A stretch of DNA of 64,000 nt from Myxococcota bacterium (lineage in GTDB: Bacteria; Myxococcota_A; Polyangia; Nannocystales; Nannocystaceae): the NCBI GenBank assembly GCA_039028615.1, contig JBCCHT010000030.1, positions 28,151 to 92,150 of the forward strand. The letters run 5' to 3'. The notes beneath the pieces are model-generated. The model worked only from the letters and a program-made list of their open reading frames with translations. It did no database searches and was not told the origin of the DNA. The translations under genes were made by a program, and so were the position numbers. This document shows positions 50,180 through 59,986 of this stretch, in pieces. Position 1 is the first letter of the stretch. Every line of letters starts with the position of its first letter.

Positions 50180-50598
50180 TCATCGCCGACGACGGCGAGC
50201 AGCCGCTGGCGGATCGTCGGCGGCATGGCACAGGACGCTCGCGTCTTCGGGTCGAAGAACACCTCCACCGCCCGCTGCTCGGCGTGCAGCTGATCGGTGT
50301 CCGAGTCCCGCAGCTCCTGGCGGTAGTGCACGCTCTTTTCGCCGATGCGAATGTAGCTGCTGCGCACCATCACCACGCGACCGGGCGGCACCTCGGAGCG
50401 AAAGTCCGTCTCGGTCCGCGCCACCACGGTGTGCACCCCCGCCTCCTCGAAGACCACGCGGCCCACCCCGGCCAGGGGCCACAGGGCGAAGCTCGCGTCA
50501 TCGAAGATGTGCGCGTAGAAACGGACGTTGAGGTGACCGAACTGGTCGCACATCCACGGGTGGGTCACGGCGCGATAGGTCTGAAACCAAGTCGGCAT
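50164..50598 (-). CDS. acyl-CoA thioesterase (hotdog fold, 4HBT/YbgC-like)
   Basis: HPWMCDQFGHLNVRFYAHIFDDA motif region typical of 4HBT thioesterases. Confidence 0.75.
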   Translation of the reverse strand: MPTWFQTYRAVTHPWMCDQFGHLNVRFYAHIFDDASFALWPLAGVGRVVFEEAGVHTVVARTETDFRSEVPPGRVVMVRSSYIRIGEKSVHYRQELRDSDTDQLHAEQRAVEVFFDPKTRASCAMPPTIRQRLLAVVGDDQPGN

Positions 50599-50654
50599 TC
50601 GGCGAAGTATTCCAAGCCCTCGCCTCGACTACCAGCCGGCTTCGGCCAGGCGCC

Positions 50655-51452
50655 TCAGCGGCGATCGAACTCGAACATGAAGTTCTCTTGGACCACCCCT
50701 TCGTGGGTCGATCGCAGCTCGAAGCCCGCGCTCTCGATCTCGGCGCGAAACTCCTCGGGGGAGGCCCGGATGTGCTCGTGTCGCCAGGAGTCACCGCTGC
50801 CCCGCCGATAGTCGACGATCACCAACCGTCCCCCCGGGCGCAACGATGCGTGCAGCGAAGCGAGATACGCCGCGGGGTGCTCGATGTGGTGATAGGCGTC
50901 GACCATCAACACGAGGTCGACCGCGGCCTCGGGCAAGCCGGACGAATCCTGCTTCGCTCGCACCAACTTCACGTGCTCGTGCCCCGCGTCCTTCGCCTTC
51001 TTGGCGATGTGATCGAGGAAGTAGGACTGCACGTCCACCGCATATACGGTGCCCTCGGGACCCACCGCCTTGGCGAGCGGCAACGTATACAACCCCGTAC
51101 CTGCACCCACGTCAGCCACCACCTGGCCGGGCTTCACCGCCAGCGCAGCCAAGATCTCCGGCTGTCGGGCCGTGACCTCGCGGCTCATGTTTTCGAAGCG
51201 CCGCGACCATTTCTTCGCGTCTTGGTTTTCTTGGTAAGGCTCGTTGATATCCAGCTCGACGTGCTCGGGTGCGATGCCCTCGTGCTTCGGCTCGGACTCG
51301 GACTCGGACTCGCTCGGCTCTTCGGCAACGGGGGCTCCTGCCGCATCGACGATCGGTTCATCGGCGGCGGGAGGATCGGCGGGCACCGTCGCTCCGGGTG
51401 CACATCCGAATGCCAACAGCCCTAATGAAAAGAGGCGAGACCGCGCGCACAT
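50655..51452 (-). CDS. class I SAM-dependent methyltransferase with N-terminal signal/lipoprotein-like peptide and acidic linker
   Basis: motif I VADVGAGTG; signal MCARSRLFSLGLLAFGCAP; SESESESEP linker. Confidence 0.75.
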   Translation of the reverse strand: MCARSRLFSLGLLAFGCAPGATVPADPPAADEPIVDAAGAPVAEEPSESESESEPKHEGIAPEHVELDINEPYQENQDAKKWSRRFENMSREVTARQPEILAALAVKPGQVVADVGAGTGLYTLPLAKAVGPEGTVYAVDVQSYFLDHIAKKAKDAGHEHVKLVRAKQDSSGLPEAAVDLVLMVDAYHHIEHPAAYLASLHASLRPGGRLVIVDYRRGSGDSWRHEHIRASPEEFRAEIESAGFELRSTHEGVVQENFMFEFDRR

Positions 51453-51511
51453 GGCCGTGGGTGTATCACGGAGCGGCGAATTCCTTCGACGGTGGTACAA
51501 GGCCAAAGTCC

Positions 51512-52495
51512 ATGGAACACGCATTGGTCACCGGAGCGCCTGGTTTCTTGGGGGCCCATATCGTGCAGATCCTGCTGGAGCGCGGGGTCAAAGTCCGAGG
51601 CTGGGGTCGCGCCGGAGAGCCTCGCGACAACCTCGCCGGCCTCGATGTCGAGATGATCGAGGGTGACGTCCGCGACCCCGCCTGCGCCCGCGAAGCGATG
51701 GACGGAGTCGACACCGTGTTCCATGCCGCGGCCGTGTACGAGTCGTGGGCGCCCGATCCCACCGTCATGTACGACGTGAACATGCGCGGCACGTACAACG
51801 TGCTCGAGGCATCGCGACAGGCGGGGGCCAAGGTCGTCTACACGGCCAGCATCGTGGCCCTCGGCCGCGCCGAAGCGGGCAAGCTGGGCAACGAAGACAC
51901 GCCCTACGAAGCCTGGGACGTGGACTTTCCCTATAGCCGCAGCAAGTTCCACAGCATGCGCCTAGCCCAGGATTTCGCCGACTGGGGGCTCGACGTGCGC
52001 ATCGTGTGCCCGGGCTACGTCATCGGTCCCGGCGACCGCTCGCCCACGCCCTCGGGGCAGCTGGTCATGGCCATCGCCCGTGGCCGCGCGCCGGGCTACA
52101 CCTCGGGCGGCGTCTCTTATATCGACGTCCGCGATTGTGCCGAGGGCCATGTGCTGGCGGCGGAGCAGGGCCAAGCGGGGCGCCGCTACTGCCTCGTAGG
52201 CCACAACATCGACAACAAGGCGCTGCTCCAGGTCGTCTCTCGTGCCGCCGGACGACGGCCGGTCGGGGTGAAGCTCCCGCGCAAGGTCGTGCTGAAGGTC
52301 GCCGCGGTCATGCAGCTGATGGATCTGGCTCGCGGGGTCCGCCCCGATCTGCCGGTGAAGATGCTCAGCTACGGCATGGGCAACTGCTTCTACGACAACC
52401 GCCGCGCCCGCGAAGAGCTGGGCCTGCGGGTCCGCCCCTTCGAAGACACGGTGGCCGACAGCCTCGCGTTCTTCCGCGACACTGGCATGCTCTGA
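51512..52495 (+). CDS. NAD-dependent epimerase/dehydratase (extended SDR family)
   Basis: VTGAPGFLGAHIV Rossmann motif; catalytic YSRSK. Confidence 0.8.
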   Translation: MEHALVTGAPGFLGAHIVQILLERGVKVRGWGRAGEPRDNLAGLDVEMIEGDVRDPACAREAMDGVDTVFHAAAVYESWAPDPTVMYDVNMRGTYNVLEASRQAGAKVVYTASIVALGRAEAGKLGNEDTPYEAWDVDFPYSRSKFHSMRLAQDFADWGLDVRIVCPGYVIGPGDRSPTPSGQLVMAIARGRAPGYTSGGVSYIDVRDCAEGHVLAAEQGQAGRRYCLVGHNIDNKALLQVVSRAAGRRPVGVKLPRKVVLKVAAVMQLMDLARGVRPDLPVKMLSYGMGNCFYDNRRAREELGLRVRPFEDTVADSLAFFRDTGML

Positions 52496-52501
52496 GCGCC
52501 T

Positions 52502-54037
52502 CTACTCGACGATGTCCGTGGCCTGCACGGCGTCGAAGACCGCCTCGTCGTCGATGACGTAGAAGTCCTCTTCACCCCCGCTGCCGCCGCCCGGCAGCGG
52601 CTCGACCTCCACGCAGTCCTCCTCTTCGTCGAGCTCGTAGCCGCCTTCGGATGCGATCGAGCTGGCGATCGTCGCCACGACGCCGGCCGCCCACGCGTAT
52701 AGCGGCGTGGACTCGCAGCTCTCCTCGAAGACGTAGTGCCGAGCGACCTGCTCCGTGCACGAGGCATCCAGGTAGCGATTGCGGAGGTGGGCGGGATTGA
52801 TCGGCGCGCAATCGAAGACCTCGGCCTCGGGGTCCTCGGGGGAGATCGAGTCACGCCAGTCGCACGCCATGTCGTCGAGCAGGGTGTCGAAGGTCCGCCC
52901 CGAGGCCATCAGCCGACCTCCCGAGGGGCCCGCGTAGATCTCGTGCCGCAGGCGAGTGCCGCCTTCGTTCTCGACCGGAGCGATCGCAAACGCCTCATCA
53001 TCGAGGGGCGCCCCGACCGTCCACGTCCGAATCGACCCCGACAAGCTCGCCTCGACACAGCCCGAGTCACTCATGCGGTACACGGTCTCGATCTCCTCGA
53101 CGACCTCGTGTCGGCCCACCACGTCCTGGCAGAAGTCGGTCCCGCCCTCCTCCTCGCGAGCGGTACCGACGACCTCGGACGGGTGCACGCACTGGGCCAG
53201 CGCCACCGGTTCCGAGCAGGTCGAGTCGGTGAAGTAGAGCTCGGAGAGGCGCGGCTGGTGGCGAGAGAACCACCGGCGCTGCCCCGAAGCGTCGGCGGAG
53301 GGCCGCACTTCCTCTTCGTGCACCGTGTCCCACGCCCCGAAGATCTGCTGGGCTCCGTCGTCGGCGACGAGCAGCATGGGCACGACGCGATCATTGCCCT
53401 CCAGCGGGGTCACGGTGGCGCCGACGAAGTCGGTGTTCGAGACCAACGCCACGCGGACGGCCTCGTCGTTGGAGAAGAACTCGCACGGCCCGTTCGCGGT
53501 GTAGTAGATGGCCTCGACCGGCTCGAGGAGCTGGTAGTAGGTTTGGTCGAAGCAGCTGTTGCCCCGCACCCGCACGACGCTGGCTCCGTCGGGGATCGCC
53601 CCGGTCTGCATCGCGGGCTCGGTGCAGTCCGGGTCGGCGTAGTGCCAGATCTCGGTGGCCCCGTAGGTGTCGGTCAGGCAGCGCAGGCCAGCGTCATCGG
53701 TGTATCGAAACTCGCAGCGGGTATCGAGCAGAGTGTCGTGCCACCCGTTCGGAATTCGCGTGCCGTCGTCGGCCACGCGAAAGACCGGGCGCAACCGCGA
53801 GCCGGCGACGGGCTCCAGCAGGTCGCCCCAATCATCGGGCTCGAACACCTCGCCGGAGCTGCTCTCGTCGGCCCCGGCACCGTCGGACGATTCGTCGTTG
53901 GTCGGAGCCTCACCCCCATCGGTGCCTCCCTGACCCGGCGGCGATGACGACGACGGGCCACATGCGACCACCATCGACGCGGCGAATGTCAGCGAGATAC
54001 GGCTACACCATGCATAGGATAAATCTAAGTAAGTCAT
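52502..54037 (-). CDS. Cys-rich lipoprotein (511 aa)
   Basis: signal/lipobox FAASMVVAC; about 20 Cys. Confidence 0.55.
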   Translation of the reverse strand: MTYLDLSYAWCSRISLTFAASMVVACGPSSSSPPGQGGTDGGEAPTNDESSDGAGADESSSGEVFEPDDWGDLLEPVAGSRLRPVFRVADDGTRIPNGWHDTLLDTRCEFRYTDDAGLRCLTDTYGATEIWHYADPDCTEPAMQTGAIPDGASVVRVRGNSCFDQTYYQLLEPVEAIYYTANGPCEFFSNDEAVRVALVSNTDFVGATVTPLEGNDRVVPMLLVADDGAQQIFGAWDTVHEEEVRPSADASGQRRWFSRHQPRLSELYFTDSTCSEPVALAQCVHPSEVVGTAREEEGGTDFCQDVVGRHEVVEEIETVYRMSDSGCVEASLSGSIRTWTVGAPLDDEAFAIAPVENEGGTRLRHEIYAGPSGGRLMASGRTFDTLLDDMACDWRDSISPEDPEAEVFDCAPINPAHLRNRYLDASCTEQVARHYVFEESCESTPLYAWAAGVVATIASSIASEGGYELDEEEDCVEVEPLPGGGSGGEEDFYVIDDEAVFDAVQATDIVE

Positions 54038-54200
54038 GGCTCCGAGGGTGTCTTCGAATGCCCTCAAAGACCAGGCCTCGAATCCACCCCTCGCGTAGCG
54101 CGATGAAAACGGAAACACGCGCCGATCGAACCACGGTCATGCCACCGCCCTTCGGCCCTGCTCGGTGTCCGCAGCGCGCGCAGGTGCCCGTGGGCGCGCG

Positions 54201-54854
54201 TCAGCCCACGCGCATGCTGACGCTCAACCCGTCGCCGATGGGGATGATCGCCGTCTTGAGCCGCGAGTCGTTGTGCGCCCGCTTGTTGTAGCGCCGCAGT
54301 CCACTCGTGGCCGGGTCGTCGCAGCCCGAGTCCTCGGTGGTTCGACCGCTCCACAGCACATTGTCCGCGATGATGAGCCCACCGGGGCGCACGCGCTCGA
54401 TGGCCGCCTCGAGTGCATCGGGGTAGACGGGCTTGTCGTGATCGATGAACACCACGTCGAAGCTCCCGGGCAAGCTCGCCAACGCGGACAAGCCATCGGT
54501 ACCGTGCAGGGTGATCCGCGACTTGTAGGGATGACCGGCGAAGATCTCGTCGTGCGCAGAGAGGATGTCCGCGTTGGGCTCGGACCCGTGCACCTCTGCC
54601 TCGCGGCCTGCCCCGCGCGCGAGGAAGTAGGCCGAGTACCCGAAGCCGCTGCCGAACTCGAACACTCGCTTGCCGCCGATCATCGAGGTCAGCAGCTCGA
54701 GCCAACGCGCCGCGTCGTGGCCCAGCCAGGGGAAGCCGCGCTCGCGCGCGAACGCAGCCATGCGGATCACCAGAGGATCACCCTCGAAGGCCAGGCCCGC
54801 GATGTAGCGGCCGACGGAGGGCTCGAGGATGTCGAGGAGTGGGCTATCGGTCAT
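54201..54854 (-). CDS. class I SAM-dependent O-methyltransferase (caffeoyl-CoA OMT-like, family 3)
   Basis: VFEFGSGFGYSAYFLA (motif I), RPGGLIIADNVLW. Confidence 0.8.
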   Translation of the reverse strand: MTDSPLLDILEPSVGRYIAGLAFEGDPLVIRMAAFARERGFPWLGHDAARWLELLTSMIGGKRVFEFGSGFGYSAYFLARGAGREAEVHGSEPNADILSAHDEIFAGHPYKSRITLHGTDGLSALASLPGSFDVVFIDHDKPVYPDALEAAIERVRPGGLIIADNVLWSGRTTEDSGCDDPATSGLRRYNKRAHNDSRLKTAIIPIGDGLSVSMRVG

Positions 54855-56570
54855 GACGTGGCTCCCTGGGTGACCGCGAGGTCACGGTGTATCGAATCCG
54901 ACGAAGCGCGCGGGGCCGGCCGCTGCAGAGCCAGGCACAGCTCGCGAACGACTCGAGCCTCGGGCAGCGCACTGGCCGGGTCGAGGTCGGGACGAAGGTC
55001 CCCGAAGATGTCTGCCGCCGCACCCGGGCTCCCGAAGCCGAGCTGGGGCGAGGTCTGCTCGAGGGTGGTGCTCCACCACTGGCCGCCGAGCGAGGTCTCG
55101 TGGCGCTGCAACGCGGCGACGACCGCCTGCAGCGGGCGCCGCGGCGGCAGGCGATCGCGAACCCCGATGAACCACGACTCGTTGCGATACAAGAAGCGGT
55201 AGCGCGGCCCGTCGGGGGCGTCGTGCACGAGCAGCACCCGGGAGTGCTCACCCGCGGCGTGGATCAGCGCGATGCGAGCGAGCGGCTCTCGGACACGCAC
55301 CACCGCGAGATCGGCCGCTTCGTGGTGTTCGACCTGCACCCCGGACCGGGTCTCCACCCGCCGCAGATCGGCCATGCAGCGATCGAAGCGCTCGGCCCAG
55401 ACCTCGCGCAGAGCGAAGGGCTCGCGCAGGTACTCGTGCAGATGCGCGATGGCGTGGCGATAGCAGAGCTCTGCCCGCGAGTCGTAGTCGGTGACCGTGG
55501 CCAATGACCCAGCCAAGGGCGAGCGCGGAGCGTCGCGCAACGCCCAGATCGTCAGATCGATGGCCAGCGCATCCTCGCCGTTCCACGTCCGAAAGTCGCC
55601 GGTCGCCGCCGTCCGCACCATGAGGTCTTCGTGCTCGAGGGCGCGCTCGGGGTGCAGCAAGGCAAACGCGGCCAGGGCTCCGTCGGTGTCGTAATGATCG
55701 TTGGTCACCACCGAAAAGGGCCCCAAGGCGGAGGTGCGCTCGGCCGGCGACAGCCTCGCCCAACGCAGGGCCATGCCCGTGCTGAGATCATGGCTGAGCG
55801 CAGGAGGGGGGTTCGACCCCGGCCAGTGGCTCAGGCACCGCAGGCCTACCACGAAACCATCGACGCACAAGGTGTCGGCGGGATCGAGGCCCGGGCGGTG
55901 AATTCGAAACTCGGCGGTGCGAGCCCGCTGCGGCTGCGACCGTTCTTGGCCGAACGCCGGGCCCCCGGCATCGAGGTACATGCGCTCGTCGAGGGTATCG
56001 GGGCGACCGAGCGCCTCGTTCCGATGCGGATAGCGGCCGTAGCGACGAATGATGCGCTCGTGCACTTTGGCCACCTCGAGGGCGTGCTCGGCATGCGGGC
56101 GATACCAGCTGTGCTCCGGGGTGGCCGCGAGCTCCTGCTCGAAGTAGGCGACGCACCGCTGCTGGTCTTCGAGGCTCTCGGCGTGCTGGAGCGGCAGGAA
56201 GTAGAACGCACGCTCGGCCGGCCCCAGCTGCGTGTGCAGCCCTTCACCGAGCCCACGCAGGCAGAGGTCGCGCGCGAGTTCGTCGTAGGCGTAGGCCTGC
56301 GGCGTGCCGCGGTGCATGTTGCGAGGGAACTGATCGAGCAGCACCACCAACGCCAAGCTGCCGCGCGCCGTCGTGGCCCAGTGATCGAGGGCGCCCGTGG
56401 CGGCGAGCTCGACCGCCGCGCCGAAGCGGGCGCGGACCTGGCCGTCGACCGCCTCGCCGCCGTAAAACCACAGGTTCATGCGCTGGCGGTAGGTCGCGTC
56501 GTCGTACTCGTCGTGGCCGAACCAGTACTCGAGGACGTCGTGCGGCTCGATGCTCGCGGCCTCGCTCATG
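54851..56570 (-). CDS. DUF924-family domain (DQFPRN motif) fused to ~370-aa C-terminal domain of unknown function
   Basis: start MSEAASIEP at 56570 (aggag RBS, ATGA overlap with P450 stop); LLDQFPRNMHRG; C-terminal part unassigned (weak DHH-like NDHYDTDGALAAFAL). Confidence 0.65.
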
Positions 56571-57921
56571 CGGACTCCTGCGACCGGCAGGTGACCACCA
56601 TCGGCAGCTCGAGATCGGCGGGATAAATGACCCCGGCCGGCGACGCGTCGTAGGCCACCACGTGCTCGGCCCGGAGCTTCAGGCGAAAGCGCGAGGCGAT
56701 GGCGGCGATCATGATCTTGGCCTGCCGCAGGGAGAGCTGCTCTCCGATGCAGCGGCGCACGCCATACCCGAAGGGGATGAACGCGGCGGGCGGCACCTTG
56801 CGATGGTGCTCGGAGCCTTCGATCCACCGCTCGGGCAGGAACGCGTCGGGCTCGGGCCAGATCTCGGGATGGCGATGCAGCATATAGGGACTGATGTGGA
56901 GGCGGCTGCCCGCGGGCACCAGATAGGGCCCGCAGGTCCAGTCCTCGACCACCACGCGCGGCATCAGGGCCACGGGCGGATACAGGCGCAAGGTCTCCTT
57001 GAGCACCGCGTCGAGGTAGGTGAGCTGCGCCAAGTCGTCGACGCCGGGCGGACGACCCTCGAGCACGCGATCGAGCTCCTGCTCGACCTTGGTCGCCACC
57101 TCGTGGTTGTTGGACAGCGCATACCAGACCCACGAGGCCATGACCGCGGTCGACGAGTGGGACAGCAACAGCACGCATAGCTCGTGCACCAGGCCCCGCT
57201 CGGGGAAGTTGCCCTCGGCCCCCTCCATCAGGGTAGTCATGGCCGGCGTGTGCGGACCCGGAGACTTCTCGGCCTGGGCCACGATCTCGCCCACCGCCTC
57301 GTCGAGGGCCACGAACGCGGCCCGACGGTTCTCGAAGCTGAAGCGCTCGCGCTCTTCCTCGCTAATGTGCGAACGACCAGCGAGGCGCTCGAGGTTCGTC
57401 AAGAACTCTCGAACCGGGGCCAGACCCTCGCGCGCCGCGTCACCGATGAGGGTCTGCGCGATCATGTCGAGGCTGAGCCCCATCATGTCGGTCAGCGTGT
57501 TGCGAACCTTGCCGTCTTCCCAGCCGGCGACGCCCTCGTCGAGCGCACCCAACATCGCGTCGTGGCGAGCGGCGAGCGAGCGCGGGTTCATGGCCGCATG
57601 CACGATGCTGCGCGGCTTGGCACGACCGCGGCCGTGGACGGCCAAGAAGCTCTTGTCGAGGTAGAGCCACCCGTCGGTCATCGCATTGTCGATACGAGTC
57701 CAGTCGGTGAGCGCCGATCGGCAGATCGCAGGATCGTTGATCAAGTAATACCAATCACACTCGATACGATAACGGCTGATGTCACCAAAATCTCTCACCA
57801 TCGACTGTATGAAGCCGAGGCGATGGCGATAATAGTCCAGCGCATTTCCGAATATGACATCACCGATCGGACCCTCGGGATGGGCGGGAGTGGGGGTGGC
57901 TGCGCTGTCTGGAGTCATGGG
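56566..57921 (-). CDS. cytochrome P450
   Basis: ETLRLYPP (ExxR), LPERW, heme-binding FGYGVRRCIGEQL. Confidence 0.85.
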   Translation of the reverse strand, partial: PMTPDSAATPTPAHPEGPIGDVIFGNALDYYRHRLGFIQSMVRDFGDISRYRIECDWYYLINDPAICRSALTDWTRIDNAMTDGWLYLDKSFLAVHGRGRAKPRSIVHAAMNPRSLAARHDAMLGALDEGVAGWEDGKVRNTLTDMMGLSLDMIAQTLIGDAAREGLAPVREFLTNLERLAGRSHISEEERERFSFENRRAAFVALDEAVGEIVAQAEKSPGPHTPAMTTLMEGAEGNFPERGLVHELCVLLLSHSSTAVMASWVWYALSNNHEVATKVEQELDRVLEGRPPGVDDLAQLTYLDAVLKETLRLYPPVALMPRVVVEDWTCGPYLVPAGSRLHISPYMLHRHPEIWPEPDAFLPERWIEGSEHHRKVPPAAFIPFGYGVRRCIGEQLSLRQAKIMIAAIASRFRLKLRAEHVVAYDASPAGVIYPADLELPMVVTCRSQESA

Positions 57922-57997
57922 TCCTGGGGGGCGAAGGGAGGACGCGGGTCCCGAGAGACCCGCGCCCAATGGCTAGTTTGGGGGCTAATCTGGAGCC

Positions 57998-58237
57998 TTA
58001 GAGCTGGCTCGCGCCGCCCTTCCAGACCGGGGTGCACTGGGCACCGCCGGTCACGGCCGAAAGCTCGGCCTCGGCCAGCTCGCCGTAGGCGGCACGATAC
58101 TCGTCACCCGTGAAGGTGAAGCCGGCGGCTTTGCCCGCGGCCACGACCGAGTCGACGCTCCAGTCAGCGCTGCTGATATTGGTCTGCAGCTCGGGGTTGC
58201 TGCGGAGATGGCTAATGAACGCCTTTGCGGATTTCAT
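57998..58237 (-). CDS. Nif11-like leader peptide RiPP precursor (79 aa): leader ends ..AELSAVTGG, core AQCTPVWKGGASQL
   Basis: MKSAKAFISHLRSNPELQ..SVDSVVAAGKAAGFTFTGDEYRAAYGELAEAELSAVTGG matches Nif11/N11P leader pattern with double-Gly site; 76 bp upstream of P450. Confidence 0.75.
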   Translation of the reverse strand: MKSAKAFISHLRSNPELQTNISSADWSVDSVVAAGKAAGFTFTGDEYRAAYGELAEAELSAVTGGAQCTPVWKGGASQL

Positions 58238-58300
58238 GTTGTGAGAGCTAGTCCTACGAATCAATGATGTCAACTCAAACAACCACAATTTAATCGATCA
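58238..58300 (-). promoter_or_regulatory. putative promoter of the precursor gene (minus strand): TTGACA, 17-nt spacer, TAGCTC, very short leader
   Basis: reverse complement reads ..gagTTGACAtcattgattcgtaggacTAGCTCtcacaacATG; -10 match is weak. Confidence 0.25.
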
Positions 58301-58892
58301 TCAACCAGTTGACAGTTGTATACCTACGAGCCGATTCCGCAGCCATCAACCACACAAGGCGTCGCAGAGCTTATTTAAACGCTGGATCATAGTGTCGAAA
58401 ATTATTCGTACTCGAGATTCGGAATCACGCATTGAAACCAAACATGCACAACAAGGGTCTCCCCGAGAAGAGCAAACCATCACAGTTCATCGACTGTCAC
58501 GATTCCCCAAAACGAGTGAAACATCGGGCGGGCGCCCTCGATGATGCACGCGGTCTTGGTTTCGGCCCATACCGAAGCAGGGCCACGCACGCGTCGTGGT
58601 CCCGGGGCGATCGCAGCGGTGCTGCGCTTCAGGGATGAAGTCTTCCGGCCCGGCCACGCAGTCGATGGTGGGTTCCGTCTCCGGGCGCAACGCACCCGTG
58701 GGCGCTCCGAAAGAGCGAATGTCCGTGCCCTGCCTTTGCAGCCGGCACATTCGAATCTGACGGACGTCGCCGAACTAAATTGTTCGCGGTCTCATCACGC
58801 GCGACCGTAGTTCGGGATCGCTCGGCTCCGATGAACCGCGGCCGCGATCCCCCGCGTGCGCGGGACCGCTCGCGAGACCCTCGCCAGAGGTT

Positions 58893-59507
58893 TCACGCGG
58901 CGGCGTGAGCTGAGGACCTTTGACGATTCGGCGGTTCCGTGCACGTGGTCACGGCGTCTGCGGCAGTGGCCATACGTACCTGCACCCGGCGCTCACCGGC
59001 CACCAGCGTACTACCCGAGGGCACCACGGCCCCCGGACGCAGCACGATCCACGTGCTCCGATCGCCGGCCAGGTTCTGCACGAACGCTCGCTCGTCGCGA
59101 AGCATCACTTGGAGATGGAGCTCGGCCAGGCGTTCGTCCCCCGGCAACACGATGTCGCCCGCCTCCCGACCGAGCGTCAGCGAACGACCGCGCAGGGTCA
59201 TCGCCATGAGCACGTTGCCGTTGACGTCGAGCACATGGAGCCGAGGTACCCCGGCACCCGCCTCGAAGCGCAGCCACTGACGACCCGCCCCGATCCAGTC
59301 TCCGTCGTGGAGCTCGGTCGGCACCGCGACCTCGAGCAAGACGTCCATGCTCGTCGGATCGAAGTCCACCTCGATCGCGTGGCCGTCGACGGCACGGACC
59401 CGAAACGTGCCGCGCTCGCAGGCGACCTCGGCGGCCTCCCGGGGCGACAGGGCAAGCGACTCGCTACGCGTGATCGGGGCTCCGTTGTTCATCGACAAGC
59501 TCTGCAC
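58893..59507 (-). CDS. FHA-domain protein
   Basis: ..IVLPGDERLAELHLQVMLRDERAFVQNLAGDRSTWIVL.. resembles FHA core. Confidence 0.5.
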   Translation of the reverse strand: MQSLSMNNGAPITRSESLALSPREAAEVACERGTFRVRAVDGHAIEVDFDPTSMDVLLEVAVPTELHDGDWIGAGRQWLRFEAGAGVPRLHVLDVNGNVLMAMTLRGRSLTLGREAGDIVLPGDERLAELHLQVMLRDERAFVQNLAGDRSTWIVLRPGAVVPSGSTLVAGERRVQVRMATAADAVTTCTEPPNRQRSSAHAAA

Positions 59508-59986
59508 TCAGAGTGTCACCGACAAGCAGGAGGTTCATTAGTTTTTCGATCAATTCTTCACATCGATCGATCAATCACCATCTCGCCGTGAGCAACAGCG
59601 AAAAAGTGATGGATTCATCGTTGGTACAATTGACGACGGCGATGAGCCCCATGAGCACATCGCCGCGTTCGAACTCCTCGTTCGAGGTCGTTCCAGATTC
59701 GAACCGGTCGGAGCGACCGGCGACCCCTTCGGATCGAGGGGGCGTCATGGGTTCGATGGGGGACGACCGTCGTTTGGCTCGGCACCGCGCGTTGATTGTT
59801 CGCGTTGCGTATGGCGCCCAGCCGCCCCCCAAGGGAGCAAGAGCAAGGCCAGAGCGGGCGGGGGGAAAAGCCCAATGATCTCGTAGCAGGCCCGTCTCAA
59901 TGCTCCCTGGGGGCGTGGCCGGGGTACGACACTGGTGTCAGGGGTCGGGCACCGATGCCGTACATGGGTGGGGACGAGGGGGCGGT

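Noticed and set aside
59690-59790. Possible tRNA-like element (gggttcgatgg, ttcgaac inverted repeats)
   Set aside because: No full cloverleaf could be built, the T-loop consensus is not matched and there is no CCA or anticodon stem context.
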